Origin: Balanoglossus misakiensis
Taxonomy: Eukaryota; Animalia; Hemichordata
Direction: 5' to 3'
NCBI GenBank assembly: GCA_040954595.2
Contig: CM082584.2
Span: 4,964,110-5,028,109, forward strand
Length of the DNA: 64,000 nucleotides
In this document: positions 1-12,096 of the stretch, in pieces
Position numbering within the stretch: position 1 is the stretch's first letter
Layout: every line of letters begins with the position of its first letter
Notes under the pieces: generated by a model
What the model saw: the letters and a program-made list of their open reading frames with translations, nothing else
Databases searched by the model: none
What the model was told of the DNA's origin: nothing
Position numbers and translations under genes: made by a program

Positions 1-145
1 TGTTAGCTATATTCATTGCAATGCTAAGATTATTGGTGGAAGCAAAGTAGAGGAGCATGTATCAAAGTGTGCCATTCAAGATGTCTATGTAGATCAACAA
101 TACTCACAACAACCTGCCAATTGTAACATTCAGACATATGAAGAA
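1..145 (+). CDS. ERCC6L2: ERCC6L2-like helicase, internal exon with the VIGSSK motif (5' boundary possibly at 7 after ttag, or outside the window)
   Basis: Frame from base 2 reads (VS)YIHCNAKIIGGSKVEEHVSKCAIQDVY..., matching ERCC6L2 YIHSNQNVIGSSKAENHMS; ends GAA|gtaagt, phase 0. Confidence 0.75.
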
Positions 146-519
146 GTAAGTCATTATTTTTAAATATTTTAGTCGTTTTACTGAAAGTTAGACAGAAATG
201 ACAGTTCTTATTTTGACAAACACAGGTTCATACGTCGATCTCAGAGAGATATGACTGTACCATGACACATCATGCTGTGTCATGTTAATTATTTGCTAAT
301 TTGCATATTTAATCAATTCCTATTGTCATTGCATATGAAAGCCAGAGGTACTGCATCAGATTTGATATTTGGCGAAACTTGTTTGAGGTATACTCCTCTC
401 ACTCTCATGGATTACAGATATTGATGTCACATTTAAATATACGCCTTACATTATACCGGTAGATTACAAATACATGTATGTTCTGAGGTAACTGTAATGC
501 TTTTTTTTGTTTCAATATA

Positions 520-694
520 CAGTAAAACCTGTCTAAACCAAACACCAAAGGGACTGAAATTGTTCAGTTTGCAGAGGTGTCCTGTTTATAGAGGTTCTTG
601 TAATATATGATTCTGTGTCAAAGGGACAGGAAAATGTGTTCAGTATAGACAGGTTTCCAGATTAGAGAGGGTTCGTTTTAGACGGGTTTTAATG
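520..694. mobile_element. Tc1/mariner-pogo (Tigger-like) MITE
   Basis: TA|CAGTAAAACCTGTCTAAAC ... GTTTTAGACGGGTTTTAATG|TA: imperfect TIRs and TA flanks. Confidence 0.7.
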
Positions 695-830
695 TAGTTT
701 GTAGGATAGAACTATATGATAGTGTAGTTGATACACACAGAAACAGCAAGATATTTAACCACAGGTAATAGCTACATGTGCACAGAATATATTGACTTTT
801 CAACATGAATTTTCAATGTCTGTTGATTAG

Positions 831-1051
831 GAAGAAAGTGATGAAAGCGATGATTTGGGTCTCAATAAAAAGCCAAGTCTACCAAGAACTGGAAGGCCAT
901 CACCACAACCTGGATTATCAGTGCAACAGTTCCATAATGATGACGTATTTGGAGAGTTGCTAAACCCTGTGATTTTACACGGCAAACGTGAGAGTTACCA
1001 AGATGGCAACACCACTGTCTTTCTAGGAGATACACCTCAGACCATTAGAAG
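831..1051 (+). CDS. ERCC6L2: ERCC6L2-like exon
   Basis: ttag|GAA acceptor (phase 0) and AG|gtaggt donor (phase 2); encodes ...TTVFLGDTPQTIRR, similar to ERCC6L2 IGETPKGIRR. Confidence 0.75.
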
Positions 1052-1082
1052 GTAGGTGCATTATATCTGGTCTGTTGTAATA

Positions 1083-1291
1083 CTGTAAAACACTTTCTTT
1101 TCGCGAGCAATAAATTTTTCGCAGAATACGCGAGAGCCAAAATAGCGTGAAAATGAAAAATCGCGTAAATTTTTTTTGAAGATAACGATGCAGAGAATGA
1201 AATAAGAGAATGCAAGAATTAATAATCCCTAAACAGTGGCCTCTCTCGATATCGCGAAAATTTCAACTCACGAAAATAAAATGTTTTACAG
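1083..1291. mobile_element. TA-targeting MITE (CTGTAAAA...TTTTACAG family)
   Basis: TIRs CTGTAAAACACTTTCTTTTCGCGAG / CTCACGAAAATAAAATGTTTTACAG; related copies at 46297-46492 and 57995-58036. Confidence 0.75.
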
Positions 1292-1523
1292 TATCTGGTC
1301 TGTTGTAATATATCTGAAATGGAGGTATTTACAGAAGGTTATCTGCAACCAAAAGTGCGACTCGCACGTTTGTGAGGAGTCATTATCTGCGACTGTTGAA
1401 GATGTGAATAAATTACCATCTGATCGAAACCGTGAGGAAAACTGCCAGAGATTAACGCATCTTTTATGGAATGAAAATTTTCCATTTAATTACAAGTAAA
1501 TTTTGTATTCATTCCTTCTCCAG

Positions 1524-2349
1524 ACAGCAGTTCTCCGACATGACCAGAAAGCTCAGAATGAAGTCGCCAGCAGAACTTGCTGAAGTAGTTTTAAGTGCTG
1601 ACTCTCAAAAACGCCTTGATTTACTGACACAGTTCTACGGGCAGACATGTGACTTGACTGGCGTAGGGAATCTGTTTGCTGTAAAATGTGAAGAGGTGAC
1701 AGACGACAAGGAACAGAAAACACGGAGCCAAATAAAGAACAAGAAACAGACCAGGGAAAAGACGGAGAAAACCAGGGTGGTCAGAAAGCGTCAATGGAGA
1801 AGGAAGAAGATGCATGTGATATACAGCAGTAGTAGTAGTGACACTGACACAGTCGTCGAACTTGTGACACACCCAGCAACAGACACTGCACTTCCAACAG
1901 TAAAAGCTGCGACTCACAGAGCGACATCAAGCAGAGAGAAAGCTGAAGAGACACCCAGTGATTCAGCAAATGCAAGCGAAGAAACAGATGCACAGACAGC
2001 TGACAGTGACACTTCAAAAATCGACTCAAACAAAGCTGATGCAAATCGTGAGAAAGTAGAGGACTGTGGAGACAAGAAATCGCAAACACGTTTGCTGTCG
2101 ATTCACAAAGAGGACAACTACTCTTTCTTGGATGAAATATTTCTGAGTGATGACACTCGAAAAGGACCCGACTGCAAGCAGGATGTTGAGGACGCAGATG
2201 TTGACAATCATCAATGTGTACTTTGGAAGAAGAATCTGAAATATAATGAATTACCTGAGGGAAGAGACAGTGACTCTGACAATACTGATGTTTTCATCAA
2301 ATATGCAGAGTCATTTATAACCAATGATAAATATCAAAACAATACATAA
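1524..2349 (+). CDS. ERCC6L2: ERCC6L2-like terminal exon (conserved block followed by a low-complexity acidic/Ser-Thr tail)
   Basis: ttctccag|A acceptor fits phase 2; QQFSDM...ELAEVVLSADSQKRLDLLTQFY resembles ERCC6L2 KQFEEM...[22 protein letters not shown]; ends TAA. Confidence 0.72.
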
Positions 2350-4052
2350 TAGTACAGTACTACACTTCTTGCCATAAACTGCTGTGGTCAGTGAAACTCT
2401 GAGTTTAAGAGGAGAGTGATGTTTAAAAAACCACAGAAGTTTAAGTGAAAACAAAAAAGCGAGTTTCATCTCTCTCTTCTCTTATATACCCAGTACTGGT
2501 TCACTGAATGTACTTTATCAACTGGATCAATCATTGAATACACAGATTAAGTAATTTAGCAGGTACGCAACTGATAAGACAGAAAATGGGGAAAAACCGA
2601 AAAAAAGACAAAGCAAGTAATATTTATTTGAAAAAATGCAGATCGATATTCCTATAATCTATATTGTTTTATATCTGCTTCACCCTGTGGTTTTATATTG
2701 CTTCAATCTGTTAATTTTCATAAAAATTTGCATACAAAACTGACTGGACTATAGTTACCTACTATACTTCGTGCTGTGCTTGTTGTGCCTTTTCTAAAGG
2801 TAGTCGTACAATTGGCTTCGACTGATTTGGCAGCTGACCCATTTGAAGTGGGACATTTGAAATACATGTATCATGGAAAGTGGCTTGAAGATAATATCAC
2901 AGAGCTAATTATGTAAACTCTTGAGTGAAGTTTATCTGCTCCAGGAAGTATTTACATTTACATTTGGACAGTACCTGTCCTTCTCTGCTTTTTCAGTGTT
3001 ACACCTTTTGAATTTTTGTTTTTTTCTATGTTTTTTTTTTATCCAGACCCAGTTTCCTTTGTGTAATCTTGGATTTAGAATTAATATATTTTTAGAATTT
3101 ATGATATCAGAAAATGTCTATTTTTAGTGATTCCTCAATTTTAAATAAAAAAAAGTCTTCTAATAAACAACTCGCTCAGTTACTTTTACATTTCATGTGT
3201 GGGTGTGCAGAGGTGGTTGCTTTAAAAAAAATTCAAATCAAGGTGAAGAAATCAGTAGTATACATCTCCAATAGATATATTTTTCGAGCAGACAAGGTTT
3301 GTTAATCCAGTTATCATTACTTGCTACTTCAATTATGTTAGGAAGTTTGCTAACAGTACGTGTAATGATGAAGGGGCTTGTATAAGAATGAAGTGCAGAT
3401 ACAAATAGACCTACTCACCTTTCAGTCTGCATCTATAGTATAAGCTCCAGTTACTTCTGCTGCACGTCTAGTTTAACACACAGCTAGACATATATCACAC
3501 AGGTGAGATGGAATCTACACTGGTTGCCTATCCATCATACCAGAACTAATTTCAAACTTCTTTTCCTATATAAAATGTTGCACAATCAAGCACCTGCGTC
3601 TCTGATCTGATATAAACTTCGCGATCTGATAACAGTTGAAACGCTCGGCCTTCCCACCATTTTTTAAACCAGCGAATTGGAAACAGAAACACTCGTTATT
3701 TTTTAATGCAGCGCCGACTTTATGGAATACATTACCAAAAGATTATTGTTCTGGAAAATAAAGTGAAATCTGCTGTACAAGAGACCTTTCAAATTTCCCC
3801 TTGGTCCACCAGTGAGTTACGGTCGCCAAGGGACACATCTTTTGCGACGACTGAAAAGAAATTGCTTATTTGTCGCAGATTGCGAAACTGCTAATGAAAG
3901 TTTTGAATTTGTAATATACATTATGAGGAAGATGGCCGCTCAATCAGTTATCAGGCCAGGGTGTGATCTATAAGCATGGAAAAGTCACTTTGGTCAACCA
4001 GGTTGAAATATTCGGAAGAGGGGCTAACGGCATGTTGCAGTGTTGGGGTGTG

Positions 4053-4391
4053 TTAAATGCGCATCTTATACGCATGTGCGAAATAAACATTACGCACGTG
4101 CGTATAAACATACGTCCAATCCAAATGTTCTGCAGAATTTGCGTTCGACGCATTCAAATAGTGGACTGCCTTCGCTTCCTTCCATATTTCATGCGCACCA
4201 TATAACATGTATAAGTATACTTTAGTTTTGTCCCTTCTTTTCACCCAATTTGCTGTCTTTTCCAGTTCACCGACACAGCTACGTTCGCTGCCATCTTGTC
4301 TGCACACTGCCTTGTGGCATTTACATATACAGTTCTCGCAATCAGAGTCTCTGGTTTGACACATGCGCATAAGACGATCGTCGCCTTTTAA
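4053..4391. mobile_element. Dispersed ~320-bp non-autonomous element (TTAA-flanked, Kolobok-like; family A)
   Basis: Homologous to 19590-19745, 30587-30710, 31148-31405 and 33308-33616 (shared gcgcatgtgc, cagagtctctggtttg, gcgttcgacgcattcaaata blocks). Confidence 0.65.
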
Positions 4392-6872
4392 CAGGACAAA
4401 CATCAAGAACAGCAGGCCAGTTTCTGTTTGGGGAAAAGTTGGAATGAATAAACGAAACCGTCAATGTCTAAATGAAAACTTCTTGCTGTTAAGCATTCAT
4501 TGTGTTTTTATTACAGTGCATGATATAATCTACAACTAAAAGTAATTATTAAAACAATAGTGAATACCACAGGAATCTAAATACATTAAGTTAAATGAAT
4601 AAAATGTTTGGAAAACTTGGGGATTGACGGAACTAAATATTTGTCATCCATAAAGTGTTGCTGTAGATGTTAACAGTATTTCACAACTTGAACATTGTGT
4701 GTCCTACCATCACTGAATATCTAACATCATTGACCGTACGGCAAATAATTTCAGAGGTCAAGTGTCCCATTTTTATCGGATATTTCACTCTAAGATTTTT
4801 TTTTCAATTTAAAGCAATGATTGTCAAGATGAAAGTGTAAATGTTTAATTATGAAAGGAAATAATTAAATTTCTACAACAGGCATTTTCTTTAGTAATTA
4901 TATAAAACAGTTCGGGAACTAACTACGTATAGTACATTTGTACACGTGTTGTATTGTTACCAGACTCGGAATATTTAGTTCAAATGAGGCTATGATCACA
5001 ACTTATCGACCCAAACGTTACCTAGAGACAGTGTGTCAAATCGTGTGCACTTCTTTAGTAATAACACGCGTGCAACCAAGGCATATTCCTAGATGTTCTT
5101 ATTTATACCGGGACACATAAAGCGTTTGTTCATATCTAGTCAAAAGATGGCTTAATCTTTGTAAATGAGAAATATCATATTAATCCGATTTTATGGGGTG
5201 GTAAAGCCATATATCTAGTTGTTCGTATATGTACTGGGGTCAACCTGGGGTCATAACCTCGCTATGATGAAATAGTTTCCAGGTACAGTAAAACATATTC
5301 AACTACTATATTTAGTAAGTTCCTCAACTGTAAAACAGGTACATGTGAACCAATCATAGCTAAGGTTTCACATACTCTTGATTTTTTAATCGAATACTGA
5401 AACGTCTACAATAAAGTTGAAGTGATCTACAATGGTACACCTGTCGTCTTCTACGTATTCCCTAATCCCAGGTGTGCAGACTCTCATTGAATTACCCATT
5501 AGAATACAAAAGAGAACATCTGTACATACTGAGCTTTCTGGCACCTAGAAGTAACCTGAGAAATCGTGCATATCTAAATTTATTTCAAAGTACCTGATTA
5601 AAGAAATCTAGTGAATTAGTGGCCGGCATTGCAAGCGAAGACATCAAATGAAGAATATCTACTATCAAGGTGGCAATATAATATGCAACTAATACCATTA
5701 TAAACATCCATTTTATAAGGTTATTGTTGTATATCACAACCACACAATACTAATCTAAATATCAGTCAAGAAAGACGTGATATCGAGTAATAACCAGTCC
5801 TGTTAATTTTATTAGCAGATATAGGAAGGATTTCTTTTTGGCAATTATTATTATAAATATGTGTCTCAGATAATGAGATAATGATTATAACGTCTTACTT
5901 TTGCAGTGTTACTTGTTTCATGCGATCGAACTATCAAGCGGTAGTACTGACTACGGATTTTGGAAAAGCCAAGTAGGTTTTTGAAGCTCGAAAAAATACT
6001 TTCAGGAGCTTTCAGTAATTATGGACGGGTGGGCTGGAGGAATTTGCAGTCAGTCTGTCAAACAAAATATGACCCTCCTCCTAGTCTACACCACTTGGCC
6101 AAATCAAAACATATGCAAATATACAAAAGTGTTTCGACCCGCGTCCAAATAATAGACCACACCTAAATTGAAATATAACTGCACAATTCTTGGCCAACAG
6201 ATACTGTTAAAAGTGTGTATTAAATCGGTTTGCCAAAGCAAGGATTCCACCACATGTGTTCGGTAGATGTAGTTGTGACCGCTCGACATGTGATGATGTT
6301 TTCATTTTCCTCGAAGGCGCCCTTTTCATATGTTCACGGATCCCTCTTTGTTAGTTCCATCTGAAGGCTTGTTTGCGTGGTTCTGTTCACTACAATGTGC
6401 TCAGTGACAGGTTGTCACAACTAAACAGACACCTCGTATATGGCCATAACATCTCCATATTGCAATGAAACAATTGACCAAAACGTTAACGTTCGAAGTC
6501 TTCATGTGTGATTTCCGAGTTTAGCTGCAACAACCTGTCATTCATCATATTTCAGTGAGCCGAAAAACATCAATAAGCAATCATACCTAACGTAATGTGT
6601 CTCATATGCTCTCTACTATATTCCTTCCTGATAATCAAGGCAGCTAAGGGCAGTATTTGCATTGCAATTGCTTTTACGCCACGCTATGGTGTATTCTGCA
6701 CTGCTAATGTACCAAGAAACTACTGTACATTGTTTCTGTTAATTAAAAAGGTGTTCACAATGAATCGTCATCTGGGTCGACCTTTGTCGCGTGCACGTTT
6801 TTCTTTTCTCGCACGCTTGACTGATTTATATGGGTCGGTGAGAGCCTGCGCCTCTGAGATTAGGGCAAAATA

Positions 6873-7758
6873 TCACCTATCATCCAACTGTGCCTCTAAT
6901 TCCGATACTTTAATTTCTAACTTGGCTTTCTCTGTCAACGCCTTTCCCAGTCGTTTGGTCATTTCCCTCTGGGATAGTCTCCATCTTAAAATCAATTCTG
7001 CTTTCGACAGGCTTCTTGCATCATAGAACGATGGGTCGTATGGATCATAGGAGTACGGGCTGTAGTAATGCTCGGATGAATGTGGCGGCCTCAAGGAGGA
7101 ATTTGCATAGAGTGATGTGGCTACATGCGATCCAGTGTCGCTAGTTAAGTTCTCGTCCATCATCATTGGATGTGTTTCGCCCGGATCCTGATCTATCAAG
7201 TCATAATCGTCATCGTCCGCATCATCGTCTGTCCACGTGGCAAATTTAGCGCGGCCATTTTGTCTGTTGGGAAGATTCGCCAACGCAAAACTTACTACGT
7301 CACGACGGCCTCGGTCCTCACTGCCTGTAACCTTTGCTCGTTTTTTCTTAGCGTCTCGGTCCAAGATATTATTTGAACTATAATCTGGATCCAAGAGATC
7401 GTAGTTACCCTGGTCGCCATTTGAATGAAAGCTAACTATACTGTTATGATCTCTAGGATTCCACAGCTGATTGTCTAGTTGGTCTACGTTACTGAGAGAA
7501 TCTGAAAGTGACTGACTTATGGCGTCACCGTGCGGAGAGAACCTGACTAATTCACCTGTAGGAGAAAAACGCTGTAGGTTATCGTACGAGGTATCACTAT
7601 CACTGCCTATGTCACTAAGTCTTCTCGGAACATTTTTCCCGTAAGGTCTGTCCAGGTCTTGCATCATGATTCCCTCGTTTTCTTCGTTGTATTTCTTCAA
7701 TTTTGCGTCTCGTGAGCGGAGGTCATTTTTATGCTGTCCACTGCTTCTTCGTTTTTCC
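6873..7758 (-). CDS. GRIN3: GluN3-like NMDA receptor subunit, last coding exon (cytoplasmic tail with terminal coiled coil)
   Basis: tttcaaag|G acceptor, phase 2 (completes Trp); open to TGA at 6873-6875; ends in heptad-rich LSQREMTKRLGKALTEKAKLEIKVSELEAQL, like the GluN3 C-terminal coil. Confidence 0.75.
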
Positions 7759-8188
7759 CTTTGAAAGAGTAAAATAATGTCATCCAACATGTGTAGCTAG
7801 ATGAGAGAAATTTATTTGAAGCAATAACGTCTCCATCTACCAGAAGTGCAGTCCGGTCTTGAAATTTTACAAAATTAGTGTCATAATGGTTAGGATAAGA
7901 CAGCGTATATGGGACAAAACCGTAACAGGTATGTTTCCCTTTCATATTAAGGTAAACGTACATATTTAATACCAGACAATTTACCACAAGGGGAACGGCA
8001 TTGTTTGTGAATACTTCGCCAGCAAGAAGAATGGTATGTTATGTATATGGTGATTAAGTCGTAACATGTAAAACTCCAAGTAGCAACCAACTGTTGGTTT
8101 CTATAATATGCTAATTCCAAAAACACGCCAACGTTGATTGCATAACTCACAACACGAATTCTATGAAATTTCAATTTCGTTGGCTTAC

Positions 8189-8262
8189 CATGCTATAGCA
8201 TCAATCAAATCCTTGAATGTCGCTGTTGACTCCACCTCATACATTGAATCTTTACGAAGCAT
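8189..8262 (-). CDS. GRIN3: GluN3-like exon 9
   Basis: ttttag|ATG...TG|gtaag; phases 0 to 2 bridge the flanking exons; MLRKDSMYEVESTATFKDLIDAIA. Confidence 0.7.
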
Positions 8263-8479
8263 CTAAAACAAGAAAGTATGTCAAAATTATGTTGTACCTG
8301 CTTCAGTGGAGTGGCTATCTGTTAGGGTTAGCTGTCAGGTAGATATGGAGATCAAAAGCTGACAGGATAAAGCGTAACATCATCAAAGGTGACTATACTA
8401 AGGGTGGTCTTAAAATGCTTCATATTCACTCTCAGTACAAGTGATTTCTTTCATGTTGGGTAACACTTTAAAAAACGAT

Positions 8480-8990
8480 AGAAACAAGTGTATACCACCT
8501 TGGAAATGTATCCCTTTATTTTGACCCTGGACAAAGTTATTTTTCACACGAATTTTGAAGATCCTGCCCACTGCCTATATATAGAAGGGTTGCCATTTTA
8601 TGTCATGAGCAGCGTATACTTGCATGGCAAGAAAGTGTCTGTCACCAAATGATGCCAAAGTTATTTGGTGTAATAAGCATGCACGTTTAAAGGTAAAATT
8701 CTATGCTTCAAACCAAGTTGGTATTTCACTCCTTGGCGATATTTTAGTCACAGATGGAAAGCTTTGGATTGATTGTATCTTTTGTGCTTTAGCTATAGTG
8801 AGACAGTCCAATGTAACATTCGATGTGTCCACTATGACTTTGTTAACACCCTTTGTTTTTGTTTTTAAATTACAAATGTCCGCTGTATATTTATTACCAA
8901 TGGATTTTAATGGGCTTTTGTCAGTAGGAAATTTATAAAACCATGGATTCTTAACAAGTGGAATAGAGTCCTTAATTTGGGACCTGAGTG
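8480..8990 (+). mobile_element. Decayed L1/Tx1-clade LINE ORF2 fragment
   Basis: Broken frames give IFHTNF..., GLPFY..., VIWCNKH...GISLLGDIL..DGKL and DFNGLLS, resembling the post-RT region of Tx1/L1 ORF2. Confidence 0.4.
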
Positions 8991-9325
8991 GAATCGGTAC
9001 CAAATACTGTATAACAGAATAATACAGGTTGCTACAGAGAGAAAACTGTCAAATTTAATGTATACGTTTTGGGGTGCCTTGTCTCTGCCGCATCACTCTA
9101 CTGAAAATCAAAATGCCATGATCGAAACTTCAATTTACGTCAAATGTGAAAAACATATTACAATAACAACTGAAGTCCATGACCTATGCGCGCGATGTTT
9201 CCTGTGCGGAAGTTATAAGTTCACTCGTGCTGCGGCGTATTCTGCGCTCATGAAAGGACTGCCGCAGAATACACTGCATCACTCCTGGAAATAACTTCCG
9301 CTGGGCACTGTTCGCGCGTCATAAT

Positions 9326-9436
9326 ATTGAATTGAAATGAATTGAACTTAATTGAGTTGAACTGAACTGAACTGAACTGAACTGAACTTAGTTGAATTGT
9401 ATTGAATTCTGTGGTATTGGATTGGATTGGGTTGAA
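9326..9436. repeat. Degenerate pentanucleotide repeat (GAATT/GAACT/GGATT)n
   Basis: Visible 5-bp periodicity. Confidence 0.85.
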
Positions 9437-9605
9437 TAGCAGTGTGTCGCAATATTAATCTACAGCGTATTAAGATTGACACTGTTAGAGAATTCAGTGA
9501 TTACTTAACACCGGAATAATTTCCAAGTAGGTACTTGTATAGTTTCATAAAAGGTACTATTTTATCTTTCCTTTAACATTGAAAAATCGCAGGAAATATA
9601 CTTAC

Positions 9606-9734
9606 AGACTTCCGTCGAAGTTGCTCTCTTTGGAACATTTTGGTGAATTGACCCTTTTTGAACATCGTAATAACTTCTTGCATATTGGCTTTGCATGGCA
9701 TCAGATCATCTGAATTGGCTGCTCGGTGTAATCT
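9606..9734 (-). CDS. GRIN3: GluN3-like exon 8 (proximal C-tail)
   Basis: tttcag|AGA...TCT|gtaag, 129 nt; RLHRAANS matches GluN3A SQRLHRAINT. Confidence 0.85.
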
Positions 9735-10074
9735 CTGAAACAATCAAAGTATTGTGGCAAAATTATCTAAAACTACAAGTCAAAGTGGAAACAAGCGGAT
9801 GACTGACTTCAAAATCAGATATTTTATATGTGCTGATCTCTGTAAAAGGGAATTTTATTTGAATATACATGTGTATGTTTCAAATTGAGATTCCTGAACG
9901 GTGGTGCCTCTTTAGGGGGTATCCTGTGTCTCATCATTGAATAGGCTAAAATATGTGATGTGAAAAATTATATTTATTCAGCAACCATGAGTCAATCCGT
10001 CAGTTTTACTTGTAAGTCGTAACTTTACCTCAGACGAGAAAGACCAACAACGTACCATTGTCACCCAGCACTAT

Positions 10075-10657
10075 TTCAAATTATATTATATCATGCTACC
10101 GTCCGCAATTCTGATTGGACGAGAGCTCAATCCAGCGATGCTAAAATAGACATATAGCACTGCTGGCAGTGCTAAAACGGGCCCCTGAACTAGCATGCGG
10201 TGGTGAAAATGTGCGGTTGTACCACAGTCGCGTGGTGTTTAACCAAATAAATAAAATGAAAACACCGTTGAATTTACGGACGTTTTATTTTGGAACTGCT
10301 GTGTCGGAATACTTGTCACTTTGCCATGCGCGACGCCCGTCTGGTCATTTTTTGTCGTTTGCTTCATGTTTAATGCTCGATCCCGGACCTCTCGTGTTTA
10401 CATTCATCGTCGCCATGTTGGTTCACGATCGTAATTTCTCTTTCTGACGCCGTTTCGGTAAGAAAATGACACTGATATGCCACAAAAACAATTGTTGATA
10501 TAATATAATAGCAATAACTCCCGCCTCAGTCGGGTATACACTCGATTTTGCTACAATTCGCTCCATATAGCACTCGCCTGATGGCTCGTGCTATATGTCT
10601 CGAATTGTACCCAAATCTCGCGTATACCCGCCTGCGGTGGGGGTTATTGCTTAAATA
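10075..10657. mobile_element. Non-autonomous element ending in a ~140-bp hairpin (Crypton-like)
   Basis: Stem gcaataactcccgc...atatagcactcgcctgatggctcgtgctatat...gggggttattgc at 10511-10650; fragment of the same family at ~26310-26390. Confidence 0.55.
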
Positions 10658-10785
10658 AAATACATATCATTGAAAACTGACTTTTAGAAAGGGGGTGAGA
10701 ACGGTTGAACGGTACCAAGCAAACTTAGGTAAATTTGCAACAAACTACCTTAACATCATAAAATGTACAGTTAGAAAAGTTTTAC

Positions 10786-10922
10786 CTGGCTTAAAACCAA
10801 CCAGTTTCTTGTGCGCTCCGGGTGTAGATGTAATCGGGGAACTCCATAGCGATACACTAAATGTTCCAATATTAAAATCAGAAAGCCAATCCCGAAACCC
10901 ATCAAGAGCATCAGGAAGAGAC
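10786..10922 (-). CDS. GRIN3: GluN3-like exon 7 (M4 helix)
   Basis: aacag|GT...CAG|gtaaa; GLFLMLLMGFGIGFLILILEHLVYR...WLVLSQ. Confidence 0.9.
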
Positions 10923-11306
10923 CTGTTAGATTATAAACAAAAAAACAGTGCCAACCACCAGTATTGAACAGTCCTCATGACCATGCAAATGCTATAATGT
11001 TAGCTTTATTACAGGCAATGCGCACAGGTCAATGTGAAAGAAGTTTGTTGAAATTATCAACATTGTGTTTAGGTGTTGCCTGGCTGCGAACCGTTGACGT
11101 CATTTAATCGATAATAATTGTAAAACTGCAAGTTAAAATGTGAAAGAAATATTCTATACAATGGATACAAAACAATTTCCTAACGACGAATATATGTGCC
11201 ATATATGTAAATTAATTGCTAATTTGCATAAAACAATCTGAGTCAGAAACACACGAGCAATTTCAGTTCATGACGTTGTCTGATCCTCTTTTGTATTTCT
11301 ACATAC

Positions 11307-11477
11307 CTGCCACATGTGCAAGTCTAACTTTGTGGTCTCCTATTCCAGCACTGCTTTTGATGTTAGACTCTTTATAACAGTTCAAAGTGCCGAACCATTT
11401 TTGCTGTAATTCCTCCAGATAACCATCCGTTTCGTATTCCAGTATGAAGATGGACAGCGTTTCCTTGAGTGGTGAAC
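11307..11477 (-). CDS. GRIN3: GluN3-like exon 6 (end of S2)
   Basis: ctaaag|GT...G|gtatgt; SPLKETLSIFILEYETDGYLEELQQKWFGTLNC. Confidence 0.9.
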
Positions 11478-11962
11478 CTTTAGAATACGTAAAAGGCAAT
11501 ATTCGTATATCGACGATTTTCTATTTAATCGATGTTTTTGAAGCAAGAACACGATTGGAACTATTTTGGGATAATTGCATACCGATAAAATGCGTACAAA
11601 ACGATTGGTATTCGTTGTACTTGGGGAGAATAGCGTATTTCTGTCATTGTTCGACCAAAACAAAACAGTGTGTATGCTACATGTACTGTGATGAGAGTTT
11701 TACAGAGTTTATTACCATGTAATTATCCCAAAATAGTTCTAATCGTGTTCCAAACAGATTGTAGTTCGGTTTCCGGATTTCTATAGCTGGAAGAAGACTG
11801 GTGTTTGGGAAGGCTGTGTGCCAGACGAATTTGACCATTCAATATACCTGGGACAGAAAGTGGGTAAGACAGACAATTGAACCATGATGTCACCTAGCTT
11901 ATCTACGTACCCATTGTAGTTGATTACATATAAATTTACATATTTGGCTTCCGCCAGCTCAC

Positions 11963-12096
11963 CTTTGGGAAGACCAATACCATAGCCTTCTTCGCCGAAA
12001 TTTTTGCCCACGTTTATTAAGCGACACTCCGGATCGTTCGCCATTCGATATTCAATGACAGGTGAATCGTAGATAAAGGCATCTAGCTCACCAGAC
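11963..12096 (-). CDS. GRIN3: GluN3-like exon 5 (S2)
   Basis: tgtaag|G...G|gtgag; [44 protein letters not shown] versus GluN3A [42 protein letters not shown]. Confidence 0.92.

Noticed and set aside
705-764. Possible small ERCC6L2 exon (ttgtag...cag|gtaata)
   Set aside because: The phase-0 reading hits TGA, and the flanking exons join in frame without it
1621-2214. Minus-strand ORFs over the ERCC6L2 exon, and similar antisense ORFs over GRIN3, TRIM and MSH2 exons
   Set aside because: Antisense shadows of real coding exons with no independent support
6854-6876. Apparent GT...AG micro-intron at the GRIN3 stop (ag|gtgata...ctcag)
   Set aside because: Only 23 nt, too short for a spliceosomal intron in this kind of genome
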